From assembly GCA_964526635.1 (NCBI GenBank), contig CAZGLR010000004.1, forward strand, positions 259-64,258: a stretch of 64,000 nucleotides of DNA, written 5' to 3'. The translations under genes were made by a program, and so were the position numbers. This stretch comes from an uncultured Ignavibacteriales bacterium (GTDB taxonomy: Bacteria > Zixibacteria > MSB-5A5 > GN15 > JAAZOE01). Numbering within the stretch: position 1 is the first letter of the stretch; every line of letters begins with the position of its first letter. Below the pieces are notes generated by a model, which was given only the letters and a program-made list of their open reading frames with translations, did no database searches and was not told where the DNA came from. Positions 9,887 through 20,562 of this stretch are shown in pieces.

Positions 9887-10632
9887 TCGTTATCGGTAAT
9901 GGGACCCTCGTATGATCCGCTGATAAACTGCCTGACCACCGGGTCGTCAGTGTTCTCGATTTCGTCGGGCGTGCTGTCGGCCAGGATTTTGCCTTCATAC
10001 AACATGATGATGCGATCGGCGATTTTAAATGCGGAGGCGAGATCATGGGTCACGGCGATCGAGGTGACGCCCATCTTCTGATTGACATCCACGATAAGTT
10101 CATTGATCAAATCAGCGGTGATCGGATCAAGCCCGGTGGTGGGTTCATCGTAGAGAAGAATTTCCGGTTCAGTAGAAATAGCCCGGGCCAGCGCGACCCG
10201 TTTTTTCATCCCGCCGGAAAGTTCGCTGGGCATCTTTTCCTGAATTCCCGACAAACCTACCATGTCCAGTTTTTCTTCAACAATATTCTCAATTTTATCT
10301 TTAGGATACCGCAGGCTTTCCTTGAGCGCAAAACCGACATTCTCGGCAACAGTCATGGAATCAAACAGCGCGCCGAACTGAAACAAAATGCCAAGCCGTT
10401 TGCGATACCCCATCAATTCATCATGATCAAAATCGAAAATATTCTGCTCATCGACAATCACTTTTCCCCGATCCGGCTGCAACAGCGCGACAACATGTTT
10501 GAGCATAACCGATTTCCCGCTGCCGGATCGTCCCAGAATAACCAGCGACTGCCCCTTTTCGATAGTCAGATCAATGCCCTGCAGGACTTTCAGCGGGCCG
10601 AAGCTTTTGTGTACGTCTTCGAATCTAATCAT
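9883..10632 (-). CDS. mlaF: MlaF/Mkl-family ABC transporter ATP-binding protein
   Basis: GRSGSGKS, FQFGALFDSMTVAENV, LSGGMKKRVALARA, YDEPTTGLDP; overlaps mlaE stop. Confidence 0.88.
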   Translation of the reverse strand: MIRFEDVHKSFGPLKVLQGIDLTIEKGQSLVILGRSGSGKSVMLKHVVALLQPDRGKVIVDEQNIFDFDHDELMGYRKRLGILFQFGALFDSMTVAENVGFALKESLRYPKDKIENIVEEKLDMVGLSGIQEKMPSELSGGMKKRVALARAISTEPEILLYDEPTTGLDPITADLINELIVDVNQKMGVTSIAVTHDLASAFKIADRIIMLYEGKILADSTPDEIENTDDPVVRQFISGSYEGPITDNE

Positions 10633-11378
10633 AACCGGAAAAGCAGAACCGCCATGCCGAAATTAGCAATAAGGATTAATACGGCCGAGGCCACCACCGC
10701 CTGCGTGGTTGAAACACCGACTCCGGTTGCGCCGCCCCGCGTGTTGAAGCCATGATAACAGCCCATCACCGAAATAATGGCGCCAAAGACCGCGGCTTTA
10801 CTTAACCCGATAAAGAAGTCACTCAGGCGCAGAAACTGCCTGAAGCCGTTCATGAAGGTCTCGAAATTGAGCCCTACGAATTGCGTTGCGACAACCAAAG
10901 CACCCAGCATGGCCACAAAATCGGCGACCGCTACCAGGACCGGGAGCATGATAATACCGGAAATGAACCTGGGCATCACCAGGTATCGAACCGGATCGAC
11001 CGACATTGACTCCATGGCATCAATCTGTTCGGTCACGCGCATCGAACCGAGTTCGGCGGCAATACCGGCCCCGACCCGTCCGGCTACAACCAGGGCGGTG
11101 AGCACCGGTCCGAATTCCATCATGACCGCTTTGCCGACGGCCCCGCCGAGATATCGCATCGGGACATAATCCTTGAACTGATACGCCGCCTGCCAGGCCG
11201 AGACACCGCCGGTGAAGATCGACGTAATAGCAATCAGCCAGATGGATTTGAAGCCCATCGAATACATCTGCCTGACAATTAAACCGAGCGAGCGGAAGAT
11301 AAAGCGAGTCGTAGCAACCATGCGACCGACGATAATAGCCAGCCGTCCGATGTTTTCAATCTGTTGAACCGGATTCAC
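10629..11378 (-). CDS. mlaE: MlaE-family ABC transporter permease
   Basis: EFGPVLTALVVAGRVGAGIAAELGSMRVTEQIDAM, GGATGVG motifs. Confidence 0.9.
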   Translation of the reverse strand: MNPVQQIENIGRLAIIVGRMVATTRFIFRSLGLIVRQMYSMGFKSIWLIAITSIFTGGVSAWQAAYQFKDYVPMRYLGGAVGKAVMMEFGPVLTALVVAGRVGAGIAAELGSMRVTEQIDAMESMSVDPVRYLVMPRFISGIIMLPVLVAVADFVAMLGALVVATQFVGLNFETFMNGFRQFLRLSDFFIGLSKAAVFGAIISVMGCYHGFNTRGGATGVGVSTTQAVVASAVLILIANFGMAVLLFRL

Positions 11379-11409
11379 AGCGATGGCTTCCCCTGCCTTG
11401 GTGTTTGCG

Positions 11410-12828
11410 CTAAAAGTCTATCGGCGGACCGGATTCGGGTGGCGGAATGGAGCCGGTCCGATGCCCTCCCGCCAAATTTTCGAACTGGGCATAATCCTTC
11501 AGGAACGAGAGCCGCACCACCCCGGTCGGGCCATTGCGCTGCTTGGCCACAATGATTTCGGCTTTTCCCCGCGCTTCCAGCAGCTTGGGATCATCGGGCG
11601 GCAAGGTCTGCAAATAATACTCTTCACGATAGACAAACATCACCACATCGGCATCCTGCTCGATAGCTCCTGATTCGCGCAGATCCGAAAGTTGTGGACG
11701 GCGATCGCCGCCCCGGGTTTCGACCATGCGCGAAAGCTGACTGACTGCGATAACCGGCACCTGCAGTTCCTTGGCCAGCCCCTTGATTCCCCGCGAAATC
11801 TGGGATATTTCCTGCTGACGGTTCTCCGCCCGGGCCGGACCGCTCATCATCTGGAGATAATCGACCACGACCAGGCCAAGATCCACCTGTGATGCGAGCC
11901 GTCGCGCTTTGGCCCGCATTTCCAATATGGTTATGCCCGGGGTATCGTCGATATAGATTTTTGCATTCGACAATGGCTGCGCCGCCGTCGCCAGTTTGGG
12001 CCAGTCGTTTTCCGGAAGACGATTGGTGCGAAGCTTGTGCGACGAAATCCGTGCCCGCCCGCAGAGCATACGCATCGCGAGCTGTTCTTTTGACATTTCC
12101 AGCGAAAACACCGCGGCGGCCTTTTCCGTCTGGGTGCAGAAATTTTCCACAACGTTCATGGCCAGGGCGGATTTGCCCATCGACGGCCGCCCGGCGATTA
12201 TAACAAGATCACCCAGATGTAAACCGGCGGTGATATCGTCAAGATCATAAAATCCGGTCGGATATCCGGCCAGGCCACCTTTCTGCTCCTTGTAATCCTC
12301 AATCGCCTCGAAGGTCCCCGGCAGCAGATCGGAGATGCTGGTAAAGCCGGAGCGAATGCGATACTCCGAAATCGAGAATATATTTGATTCGGCGGCATCG
12401 AGCAGTTCATCGACTTCGCCGGCCTGGGCATAGCATTGGGAAATTATATCGGTGGAGGCCCTAATCAGATCACGCAGCGTTGATTTTTCGAGAACGATCC
12501 TGGCATAGTAGTCGGCATTGGCCCCGGTAGCGACGTTGGAAGCAAGCTCGACGATATAATTTCTCCCACCAATCGCCTCGAGTTTACCGGCTCCGGCCAG
12601 CTCTTCGGAAACAGTCGTGATATCAATCGGATGGCGCTTTTCATAAAGCCGGATGATCGCTTCGAAGATCATGGCATTGGCTTCGACATAGAACTGGTCC
12701 GGGCGCGAAAGCAGCTCCAGCGCTTTACTGACCGCGCTGTCGTCAATAAGCATAGCGCCCAGAAGCGCTTCTTCGGCGTTGGCCGAATACGGCATCGTCC
12801 GTTCCTGTCGTGTCACTCGCTGTGCCAT
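11410..12828 (-). CDS. dnaB: Replicative DNA helicase
   Basis: AGRPSMGKS, FSLEMS, VDYLQMM, SQLSR, DLRESGAIEQDAD, KQRNGPTG; length leaves no room for an intein. Confidence 0.98.
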   Translation of the reverse strand: MAQRVTRQERTMPYSANAEEALLGAMLIDDSAVSKALELLSRPDQFYVEANAMIFEAIIRLYEKRHPIDITTVSEELAGAGKLEAIGGRNYIVELASNVATGANADYYARIVLEKSTLRDLIRASTDIISQCYAQAGEVDELLDAAESNIFSISEYRIRSGFTSISDLLPGTFEAIEDYKEQKGGLAGYPTGFYDLDDITAGLHLGDLVIIAGRPSMGKSALAMNVVENFCTQTEKAAAVFSLEMSKEQLAMRMLCGRARISSHKLRTNRLPENDWPKLATAAQPLSNAKIYIDDTPGITILEMRAKARRLASQVDLGLVVVDYLQMMSGPARAENRQQEISQISRGIKGLAKELQVPVIAVSQLSRMVETRGGDRRPQLSDLRESGAIEQDADVVMFVYREEYYLQTLPPDDPKLLEARGKAEIIVAKQRNGPTGVVRLSFLKDYAQFENLAGGHRTGSIPPPESGPPIDF

Positions 12829-12832
12829 AGTA

Positions 12833-13612
12833 TCAGCCGGTTAATTCCTCGTATTTGGCCATGAGCGTCTGCATATCTTCCCAGGTCGGCCGTTTGTATT
12901 GGGTGAAACGAAGCAGCGCCGCCGGGTGGTAAGTAACGATGACGGGGATCCCCTCGAATTCATGCCATTGCCCGCGCAGTTTCCCCAATGGTGTGGTAGT
13001 TTGAAGCAGACCGTGGGCCGCGATTCGCCCCAGGGCGCATAGTAATTTGGGGCGAATAATGCGAATTTGTTCGCGCAAATACGGCAAACAGGTAGCCATT
13101 TCATCGGGTTGCGGGTCACGATTATTCGGCGGACGACACTTGTTAACATTGGCGATATAGACATCCTCGCGGCTCAGACCCATGGCGGCCAGGATTTTGT
13201 CCAAAAGCTTACCGGCCCGGCCGACAAACGGCTCGCCTTTGAGGTCTTCATCCCGGCCCGGGGCTTCGCCGACGAACATGATGCCGGCGTTGGAGTTGCC
13301 GACGCCATAGACAAACTTCGTCCGCGATTCCGCCAGACGGCATCTGGTGCAATCGCAGATGTCCTTATAATGTGATTCGAGATCAGTGTAGGTCGGTTCA
13401 GCTGTCTTCTTATCACTCAATGTAATCAAATCCTCTTGATATTCGGAAGTAATATCATCTCTGACCGGATCGGCGGCAGCAACTGTGGTGGCAGTTTCCG
13501 GCGAAAATTCACGTTGTTCGAAAATCAGTTCCCGATGACCAAGGTCCGCCTGCGCCTCCAATGCGCGTCGGGCCATATCGAAGAGTTCTTCGAGCTCATC
13601 ATTGTATGCCAT
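12833..13612 (-). CDS. Family 4 uracil-DNA glycosylase (Fe-S) with N-terminal extension
   Basis: [38 protein letters not shown] motifs. Confidence 0.93.
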   Translation of the reverse strand: MAYNDELEELFDMARRALEAQADLGHRELIFEQREFSPETATTVAAADPVRDDITSEYQEDLITLSDKKTAEPTYTDLESHYKDICDCTRCRLAESRTKFVYGVGNSNAGIMFVGEAPGRDEDLKGEPFVGRAGKLLDKILAAMGLSREDVYIANVNKCRPPNNRDPQPDEMATCLPYLREQIRIIRPKLLCALGRIAAHGLLQTTTPLGKLRGQWHEFEGIPVIVTYHPAALLRFTQYKRPTWEDMQTLMAKYEELTG

Positions 13613-14801
13613 AGGCTAATATATGGTCAATAATAGCCCTGGCGCAAGTGAGCTTGTCCATTTTGGGGATATCTTTTTGGAAACCATCGCGTGAAATGAT
13701 GATCACGTGGTTGGTATCGGAATCAAATGCGGCACCGGATTCGCCGGCATCGTTGAGCACGATAAAATCGAGATTCTTATTTTTGAGTTTGGTTTTCGCG
13801 TTCGGTAGAAGATTGTCGGTTTCAAGGGCGAATCCGACAACACACTGATGCGCGGCCTTGCGCCCCGCAAGCGAGGCCAGGATATCCTGAGTCGGCGCAA
13901 GATCCAGCGCCACTGGCGTAGACGATTTCTTGATTTTGGAGTCACTGGGTTTAGCCGGTGTAAAATCGGCGGGAGCGGCGGCCATAAACAAGTAATCGCA
14001 GGTGGCAAAAGCGTTTTCGACCGCGCGCGCCATCTCGGCGGTAGTTTCGACATCGATGCGCTGCACACCACGCGGGGTCTCAAGACTGACCGGTCCGGCG
14101 ATTAATATTACTTCCGCGCCACGGCGATAGGCGTCGGCGGCCAGGGTAAAGCCCATCTTCCCCGAACTGCGATTGGAGATATACCGAACCGGATCGATTG
14201 CCTCGCGGGCCGGTCCGGCGGTTACCACCACGGTTTTGCCGCTTAAATCACCCTCAGGTTTGAGCAGGGTGACGATTAATTCGAGCAGTTCATCCGGTTC
14301 GGCCATGCGGCCGGGACCATTGCTGCGGCAGGCCATCTCACCTATCCCCACCCCGGCGATCACATGACTATATTTGCGAAGCAGAGATACATTTTCCTTC
14401 ACAGCGGGATGGTCCCACATGCCGTCGTTCATAGCCGGGGCATAGAGGACTTTTCTTCGATAGGCGCAGACCACGGTTGACAGCAGATTGGGACAAAGGC
14501 CGTTGGCTGCCAGCGCGATAAAGTCGGCGGTGGCCGGTGCAATCACAATGAGATCGGCCCAGTCGGCGTAGTCAATATGGCGCGTTCCGACAAATTTGCC
14601 ATCGGGAAACATATCGACAGCGACTTCGCGCTGCGAAAGAGACTCGAAAGTAAGCGGGGTAACGAATTTAGTGGCGGCCTCGGTCATAATAACCTGGACT
14701 TCGGCGCCGGCTTTGATGAGAAGGCGGGTTAAATACGCGGACTTATATGCCGCGATCCCTCCGGTGACGCCCAGGACAATATGACTTCCGGCGAGTCGCA
14801 T
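13599..14801 (-). CDS. coaBC: Phosphopantothenoylcysteine decarboxylase/synthetase
   Basis: GVTGGIAAYK, APATA, PAMN, DPVRYISNRSSGKMG, GFALET motifs. Confidence 0.97.
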   Translation of the reverse strand: MRLAGSHIVLGVTGGIAAYKSAYLTRLLIKAGAEVQVIMTEAATKFVTPLTFESLSQREVAVDMFPDGKFVGTRHIDYADWADLIVIAPATADFIALAANGLCPNLLSTVVCAYRRKVLYAPAMNDGMWDHPAVKENVSLLRKYSHVIAGVGIGEMACRSNGPGRMAEPDELLELIVTLLKPEGDLSGKTVVVTAGPAREAIDPVRYISNRSSGKMGFTLAADAYRRGAEVILIAGPVSLETPRGVQRIDVETTAEMARAVENAFATCDYLFMAAAPADFTPAKPSDSKIKKSSTPVALDLAPTQDILASLAGRKAAHQCVVGFALETDNLLPNAKTKLKNKNLDFIVLNDAGESGAAFDSDTNHVIIISRDGFQKDIPKMDKLTCARAIIDHILAYGIQ

Positions 14802-14812
14802 AGCAGTGGGAC

Positions 14813-15286
14813 TTAATGAATCGGTTCGTCTTCGGTATCGCCGATCCAGATGGAATAAGGCACGTCAACGCCGCTGTTTTCGAACATCATGGCCGAAGCC
14901 AGAACTTTCATGTCGCCGAGATCAATCGGTTCGGCGTCAAACAGCGTGCAGCGATCAAGGATCATTTCCAATTGCTCGGTCGTGAGCAGATTTATATATC
15001 GGAGTTGCAGGAGATATCCAAAAGCTTCCGGAGATATGACCTTGCGTTCGGCCTCGGAAAGCACGCGAATAGATTTATTGCTGACCGTCCGGCCACCTTC
15101 GGAAAAACTCTCCGGATAATCATCGAAGTGCTTGAGCAACCAGTTGTATGCTGAAGAAATTTCGTTGTCTGTGAATCCCATGGACCGAAGATCAGCCGAC
15201 ATTTCATCCAGACTCCCGAGATTACCCTGCTGATCATTGAGTTGATTCATCAGGTAGACAACGATTTCGAGAATTCTATCTTGCAC
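14813..15286 (-). CDS. smg: DUF494/Smg-family protein
   Basis: ILEIVVYL, GF..EI..A..WL, IRVLSEAER..ISPEAFGYLLQL pattern; acidic 157 aa; GAGG RBS. Confidence 0.75.
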   Translation of the reverse strand: MQDRILEIVVYLMNQLNDQQGNLGSLDEMSADLRSMGFTDNEISSAYNWLLKHFDDYPESFSEGGRTVSNKSIRVLSEAERKVISPEAFGYLLQLRYINLLTTEQLEMILDRCTLFDAEPIDLGDMKVLASAMMFENSGVDVPYSIWIGDTEDEPIH

Positions 15287-15314
15287 GTAAGTTCCTCGTT
15301 ATCTTGTTTTCTCA

Positions 15315-15343
15315 AATTTACGCAGACTCAATCGTTTTAGCAA
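15315..15343 (-). promoter_or_regulatory. Putative sigma70 promoter upstream of smg
   Basis: TTGCTA-17 nt-TAAATT. Confidence 0.4.
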
Positions 15344-15358
15344 GCACTATATACCGGT

Positions 15359-16936
15359 CTAATGCCTGAAATGGCGTATCCCGGTGAATACCATGCTGAC
15401 ACCATAGTTATCGGCAGCCGCAATGACGTCGCCATCACCTTTTGAGCCGCCCGGCTGAATGAACGATGTAACTCCAGCCTCGGCAACAACTTCGAGTCCG
15501 TCGGGCATCGGGAAAAAAGCATCGGAGGCGCAGGTGCCGCCTGTGGCCCGATCACCGGCCCGGGCCACCGCCAGCTTCGAGGAATCAACCCGCGAGGTCT
15601 GGCCCATACCGATGCCGACTGCTGCCAATCCCTTACAGATAAGAACAGCATTCGACTTCACATGTTTCACCAGTTTATACCCGAAAATCAACGATTCGAG
15701 TTCCTCGTTGGTGGGTTTTTTCTGTGTCGGAATCGTAAGTGTTTCGCGGTCAACATCTTTAATATCGGGAGACTGGGCCAGAAGGCCACCGCGCACATAT
15801 TTATATACATGATCCGGGTGCGGCAGGTTCTTCGAAATCGTCGGCAGCGACAGGAGCCGGCGAGTTTTCTTCTTCTTCAGGAGCGCCAGCGCTTCCTCGG
15901 TATATCCCGGTGCCAGAACACACTCGATAAACTGCGTTTTATGCAGGAGCTGGGCGGTATCGAGATCGACTTCGCGATTGAGGCCTATAATCGAACCAAA
16001 GGCCGAGAGCGGATCAGTCTCATAGGCCGCCTGATAGGCTTCAGCCAGGGTAGCCGCCTGGGCAGCGCCACAGGGATTGGCGTGTTTAACGACGACGGCA
16101 AATGGTTCACGGAATTCGAGGACCATGTCCAACGTGGCGTCGATATCGGCGATATTGTTGTATGACAATTCCTTACCGGCATGCTGCTCAGATGTGGCAA
16201 GGCTCACGCCTTTGTAGTTATCATGACTGTAGAAAGCGGCGGATTGATGCGGATTTTCGCCATAGCGAAGGTCTTGCACCTTGGTGTAGGACATGGTTAT
16301 AGAACTGGCGGCATCGGGTTTTTCATTATCATCCAGTGACTTGAAGTATTCGGATATCACGGTGTCGTAACGCGATGTCAAGGCAAATGCTTTGGCCGCC
16401 AGTTTTTCACGGGTTTTCTGGCTCAGGGCACCATCGTTGACATCCATTTCCCTGATAATCGATTCATAGTCGGATGGATCAGTCACAACCGCGACATAGT
16501 TATAATTTTTGGCCGCCGCCCGGATCATAGTCGGCCCGCCGATATCGATATTCTCGATTTTCTCGGCGTGGGTCGCGCCGGGCTTTTTGAGCGTCTGTTC
16601 AAACGGATACAGGTTAACCACAACCAGGTCGATGCCTTTGCATTCCTGCTGCTTCATCTCGGATTGATGAGCCTCGTCATCGCGCTTAAAAAGGATACCG
16701 GCATGGACCTTGGGATGCAGGGTTTTGACCCGGCCGCCCAGAATTTCCGGCGCACCGGTAAAGGTGGCAATCGAAACCGCCTTGATTTCGGCCTCTCTGA
16801 GTTTATTCAGGGTCCCGCCGGTAGAGATAATTTCGACACCGCGTTCTGTCAGTTTTCTTCCGAATTCCTCAAGACCCTCCTTGTCGGAGAGCGATACCAG
16901 CGCCCGTTTGATTTTCACCATATCCTGCATGCCCAT
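15359..16936 (-). CDS. purH: Bifunctional AICAR transformylase/IMP cyclohydrolase
   Basis: ALVSLSDK, GGRVKTLHP, IDIGGPTM, LRYGENPHQ, KHANPCG, SDAFFP, RHFRH C-terminus. Confidence 0.98.
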   Translation of the reverse strand: MGMQDMVKIKRALVSLSDKEGLEEFGRKLTERGVEIISTGGTLNKLREAEIKAVSIATFTGAPEILGGRVKTLHPKVHAGILFKRDDEAHQSEMKQQECKGIDLVVVNLYPFEQTLKKPGATHAEKIENIDIGGPTMIRAAAKNYNYVAVVTDPSDYESIIREMDVNDGALSQKTREKLAAKAFALTSRYDTVISEYFKSLDDNEKPDAASSITMSYTKVQDLRYGENPHQSAAFYSHDNYKGVSLATSEQHAGKELSYNNIADIDATLDMVLEFREPFAVVVKHANPCGAAQAATLAEAYQAAYETDPLSAFGSIIGLNREVDLDTAQLLHKTQFIECVLAPGYTEEALALLKKKKTRRLLSLPTISKNLPHPDHVYKYVRGGLLAQSPDIKDVDRETLTIPTQKKPTNEELESLIFGYKLVKHVKSNAVLICKGLAAVGIGMGQTSRVDSSKLAVARAGDRATGGTCASDAFFPMPDGLEVVAEAGVTSFIQPGGSKGDGDVIAAADNYGVSMVFTGIRHFRH

Positions 16937-16951
16937 TGTCCCTCCGTCATA

Positions 16952-17845
16952 CTATTTCCCCGTCAACCGTGCCACCACGTCCTGATATTTGGCCAGTGTC
17001 TCGTCGACGACATCGGCCGGCAGCGGCGGCGCCGGATCGGTTTTGTCCCAGTCGAGCGTGTCAAGATAGTTGCGGACGATTTGTTTGTCAAACGACGGCT
17101 GCCCCTTTCCGGGCTGATACTGGTCAGCCGGCCAAAACCGCGATGAATCAGGCGTCAGGACTTCATCGATCAATATGATCCGGTCGCCGTCGAAGCCAAA
17201 TTCGAACTTGGTATCGGCGATGATAATGCCTTTGGTCAGCGCATAGTCCGAGGCTGTTTTATAAACTTTCAAGGACAAATCGCGCAGACTCATGGCCGTG
17301 TGCTCACCGACCAGATTGGCCGATTGTTCATAGGAAATGTTTTCATCGTGTCCTGAATCGGCCTTGGTGGATGGTGTATAAATCGGTTCGGGAAGTCTAT
17401 CCGATTCTTTGAGATCAGCGGGAAATTTGTGACCGTGGACAGTTGTTTCCCCCGCCTCGCGGGCCTTCTTGTATTCTTTCCACATTGACCCGGAAATATA
17501 GCCTCGAACAATACATTCAAGATCGATGCGTTTGGCTTTTTTAACCAGCATCGAGCGGCCGGAGATAATATCGCGATACTTGTGTAGGTCGGCCGGATAC
17601 TCATCGACATTGGCGGTTACGAGATGGCTGCCGATAACGCCCTTGAGAAAATCGAACCAGAACAGGGAGATTTCGGTTAAAAGCGCGCCGCGACCGGCGA
17701 CGCCATTGGGCATGATGCAATCAAAGGCCGAAATCCGATCAGTGGTGACGATCAGCAGACGGTCATCGAGATCGTATACGTCGCGGACTTTGCCGCGGGA
17801 AAAAACCGGGTATTCCTTAATATCGGTAGTGAGAACTTCTTTCAT
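16952..17845 (-). CDS. purC: SAICAR synthetase
   Basis: GKVRDVY, DRISAFD, ECIVRGY, TPSTKA, IADTKFEFG, DEVLTPDSSRFW. Confidence 0.97.
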   Translation of the reverse strand: MKEVLTTDIKEYPVFSRGKVRDVYDLDDRLLIVTTDRISAFDCIMPNGVAGRGALLTEISLFWFDFLKGVIGSHLVTANVDEYPADLHKYRDIISGRSMLVKKAKRIDLECIVRGYISGSMWKEYKKAREAGETTVHGHKFPADLKESDRLPEPIYTPSTKADSGHDENISYEQSANLVGEHTAMSLRDLSLKVYKTASDYALTKGIIIADTKFEFGFDGDRIILIDEVLTPDSSRFWPADQYQPGKGQPSFDKQIVRNYLDTLDWDKTDPAPPLPADVVDETLAKYQDVVARLTGK

Positions 17846-18453
17846 TTTTTATTTCCTTCCAGAAGCTTTTGAGCTATGTCCCTTAAAACCCTTGGGTATA
17901 ATTTGTGTTCCGCGGCCAGAACCCGTCTGGCCAAATCCTCCGGGGTATCATCCGGAAGTACCGTCACTTTCTTCTGTGCCACAATGCGGCCGTTATCGTA
18001 GATGTCATCCACTTCATGAATAGTCACCCCCGTATGGCTTTCGCCGGCCTCGATGACAGCCCGGTGAACATTCATGCCATACATGCCCTTACCGCCGAAT
18101 TTGGGCAGCAGAGCCGGATGGATATTGAATATCCGACCACGATAGGCTGCGATCACCGGGGGGGGAATCTTCTTCAAATAACCGGCCAGGACGATGACAT
18201 CGACATGATGCTGGTGAACCTGCTCGAGCAGGTTCTGGGCGGCAGCCTCGCTGTCGGGATATGCCTTTCGATTAAACACCCAGGTATCGATCCCGGCTTT
18301 GCGGGCCCGTTCGAGGCCATAGGCATCGGCTTTGTTCGAAATGACCAGGACCACCTGACCGGGGATATCGCCGCTATTACAGTGATCGATAATAGACTGC
18401 AGATTACTTCCTCCGCCCGAGATAAAGGCCGCCATCCGAATGTGCTCACTCAT
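17842..18453 (-). CDS. purN: Phosphoribosylglycinamide formyltransferase
   Basis: SGGGSNLQ, LAGYLK, NIHPALLPKFGG, GVTIH motifs. Confidence 0.97.
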   Translation of the reverse strand: MSEHIRMAAFISGGGSNLQSIIDHCNSGDIPGQVVLVISNKADAYGLERARKAGIDTWVFNRKAYPDSEAAAQNLLEQVHQHHVDVIVLAGYLKKIPPPVIAAYRGRIFNIHPALLPKFGGKGMYGMNVHRAVIEAGESHTGVTIHEVDDIYDNGRIVAQKKVTVLPDDTPEDLARRVLAAEHKLYPRVLRDIAQKLLEGNKK

Positions 18454-19876
18454 CCAGCATTTCCTTTACGAGCGAATTGAGCAGCCGGGGATCGGCCTTT
18501 CCCTGGGTCGCTTTCATAATTTGTCCGATGAAAAACCCCAGCAGTTTTGTCTTCCCCTCACGGTATGCCCGGACTTCATCCGGGCAGGCCGCCATAGTTC
18601 TTTCAATAATTGGCCTGAGAATAGCGGGGTCGGCGATTTTTCGCAAGCTTTTCTCGTCAATAATTTCGTGCGCCGACCTCTTTTCGTCAGCCATAATCTG
18701 AAAAACCTCTTTGGCCATTGTAAATGAAATTTCGCCCGTTTCGACTTCTCTGATCAGCTCAGCCAACATGGATGGTGCAACCGGGCAATCGCTTACGCCA
18801 CACCTGATGTCTTTGAGCAGCCGCAGGACTTCGCCCATAATCCAGTTTGAGGCCGCCTTGTGATCGGAAATTTCGGCGGCAACAGCCTCATAATAATCGG
18901 CCAGATCCGCCGATTCGGTCAAAACGGCGGCATCGTACTCAGGGAGGCCGTACTGCCTGACAAAACGGTCACGTCTGGCCGCCGGGAGTTCGGGGATGGA
19001 ATCGTGAATATCGCCAAACCAGGCATCATCTATTTCCACCGGCAAGATATCGGGATCGGGGAAGTAGCGGTAATCGTCGGCATCCTCCTTGATACGCATG
19101 ATCATGACCTCTTCGCGGTCTTCATCCCAGTGCAGAGTAGCCTGAACGATCGTATCTCCGGCTTCCACGATCCGACTCTGCCGTTTATATTCACACTCAA
19201 GCGCCCGCTGCACGGAACGGATCGAATTGAGATTTTTTATTTCGGTTCTAATTCCCAGGACGGTGCTTCCCAGCGGGCGGATAGATATATTGGCGTCACA
19301 ACGCAGGGCGCCCTTTTCCATATCTCCGGAACAGACGCCGATGTATTGGACGATCTGCCGCAGGATAGCGAGAAATTCAAAGGCTTCTTCCGGTGACGAA
19401 ATATCCGGTTCGGTTACTATCTCAATCAAGGGGATACCGCACCGGTTCAAGTCCACGCGCGTGAAATCATCGGCGCCCTCGCCATGAAGTGATTTTCCGG
19501 CATCCTCTTCAAGATGGATATGATTAAGGCGAATCGCCTTGCCGGACGAAAGAACAACTTGACCTCCGACACCGATTGGTGCGACAAATTGTGATATCTG
19601 ATAGCCCTTGGGCAGATCGGGATAGAAGTAGTTCTTTCGAGCAAACTGAGTCTTTCGGGTTACCTCTCCCCCCACGGCCAGAATCATCCGGCCGGCCAGG
19701 GAAATTGCCTCGCGGTTCAGGACCGGCAGAGTTCCCGGATGACCGAGGCACACCGGGCAGGTCTGGCTGTTGGGCTGTTCACCGAAGGCGGTCGAACAGG
19801 AACAGAACAACTTGGAAGCCGTGGACAGTTGCGCATGAACCTCCAGGCCAATGACGACGTCGAATTTGTTCGGCAT
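18446..19876 (-). CDS. gatB: Asp/Glu-tRNA amidotransferase subunit B
   Basis: VIGLEVHAQL, RKNYFYPDLPKGYQISQ, HLEEDAGKS, YRYFPDPD; start moved to ATG 19876 (MPNKFDVV) because the longer ORF overlaps the upstream gene. Confidence 0.97.
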   Translation of the reverse strand: MPNKFDVVIGLEVHAQLSTASKLFCSCSTAFGEQPNSQTCPVCLGHPGTLPVLNREAISLAGRMILAVGGEVTRKTQFARKNYFYPDLPKGYQISQFVAPIGVGGQVVLSSGKAIRLNHIHLEEDAGKSLHGEGADDFTRVDLNRCGIPLIEIVTEPDISSPEEAFEFLAILRQIVQYIGVCSGDMEKGALRCDANISIRPLGSTVLGIRTEIKNLNSIRSVQRALECEYKRQSRIVEAGDTIVQATLHWDEDREEVMIMRIKEDADDYRYFPDPDILPVEIDDAWFGDIHDSIPELPAARRDRFVRQYGLPEYDAAVLTESADLADYYEAVAAEISDHKAASNWIMGEVLRLLKDIRCGVSDCPVAPSMLAELIREVETGEISFTMAKEVFQIMADEKRSAHEIIDEKSLRKIADPAILRPIIERTMAACPDEVRAYREGKTKLLGFFIGQIMKATQGKADPRLLNSLVKEMLDE

Positions 19877-19908
19877 GGAGTATAGGTAATATATTTTGGC
19901 AAAAAATT

Positions 19909-20484
19909 CTACGATATTCCGGTCAGTTGCCAAATCCACCGGCGGAGACCGGAGGCCTCGGCAACCAGGCCGAACAGGGCAAGGAAAATCAATAGCTTGA
20001 TCAGTTTGCCGCCATCGCTGGCCTTGAGATCGGCCACTTCGTAACCGCATCGGCGCAAGACCTCAAAAGGCATTTCGGCAATATAGGAGAAAAAATGAAT
20101 CAGCCAGAAAAATGGATTGAATAACTGGAGCAGGGTTTGATGGCTTTTGAGCCGGTATTTAACGAGCGCGGCCTCAATCGCTTCCATCGGAGCATCATCG
20201 GGAATGTTGAAATGGCGGCTTAATGAATCCCGGAAAATCACCTTGATGAGGTTGATTCTGTATTTTTTGCTGCCCGCGGCTTTGGCGCCATGGGTGACGA
20301 TAGTCCCGACACCGACCCGCCGGAGGGAGTCGATAGTCATTGGTACCAGCGGCCGCATTTTGGCGACAAATAATTGCGCTGCAGGGTTTTCCGACCGGTT
20401 AGTAAAGGTCAGATACTCCTTGTACAAGCGCCTGAATTTTTTGAGAACGGCAATCCGTTCCCGAACTTCAAAATAATTCATCAT
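19909..20484 (-). CDS. Hypothetical protein, basic N-terminal part and two C-terminal hydrophobic segments
   Basis: 191-aa ORF filling the gatA-gatB gap, co-oriented, GGAG/GGGG upstream; family not recognised. Confidence 0.7.
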   Translation of the reverse strand: MMNYFEVRERIAVLKKFRRLYKEYLTFTNRSENPAAQLFVAKMRPLVPMTIDSLRRVGVGTIVTHGAKAAGSKKYRINLIKVIFRDSLSRHFNIPDDAPMEAIEAALVKYRLKSHQTLLQLFNPFFWLIHFFSYIAEMPFEVLRRCGYEVADLKASDGGKLIKLLIFLALFGLVAEASGLRRWIWQLTGIS

Positions 20485-20562
20485 CCCCGTATCTCCGCAT
20501 GGAGACTCATAGCTGCTATATCTTGTTTCGGCGAATGGTCAGTTTTGCTTCAGTGGCAAAGA

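Noticed and set aside
19877-20050. N-terminal extension of gatB in the ORF track (similarly glnA to 23427, batC to 48501, selA to 28351)
   Set aside because: Extensions overlap upstream genes or intergenic DNA and precede the conserved N-termini; shorter starts fit better.
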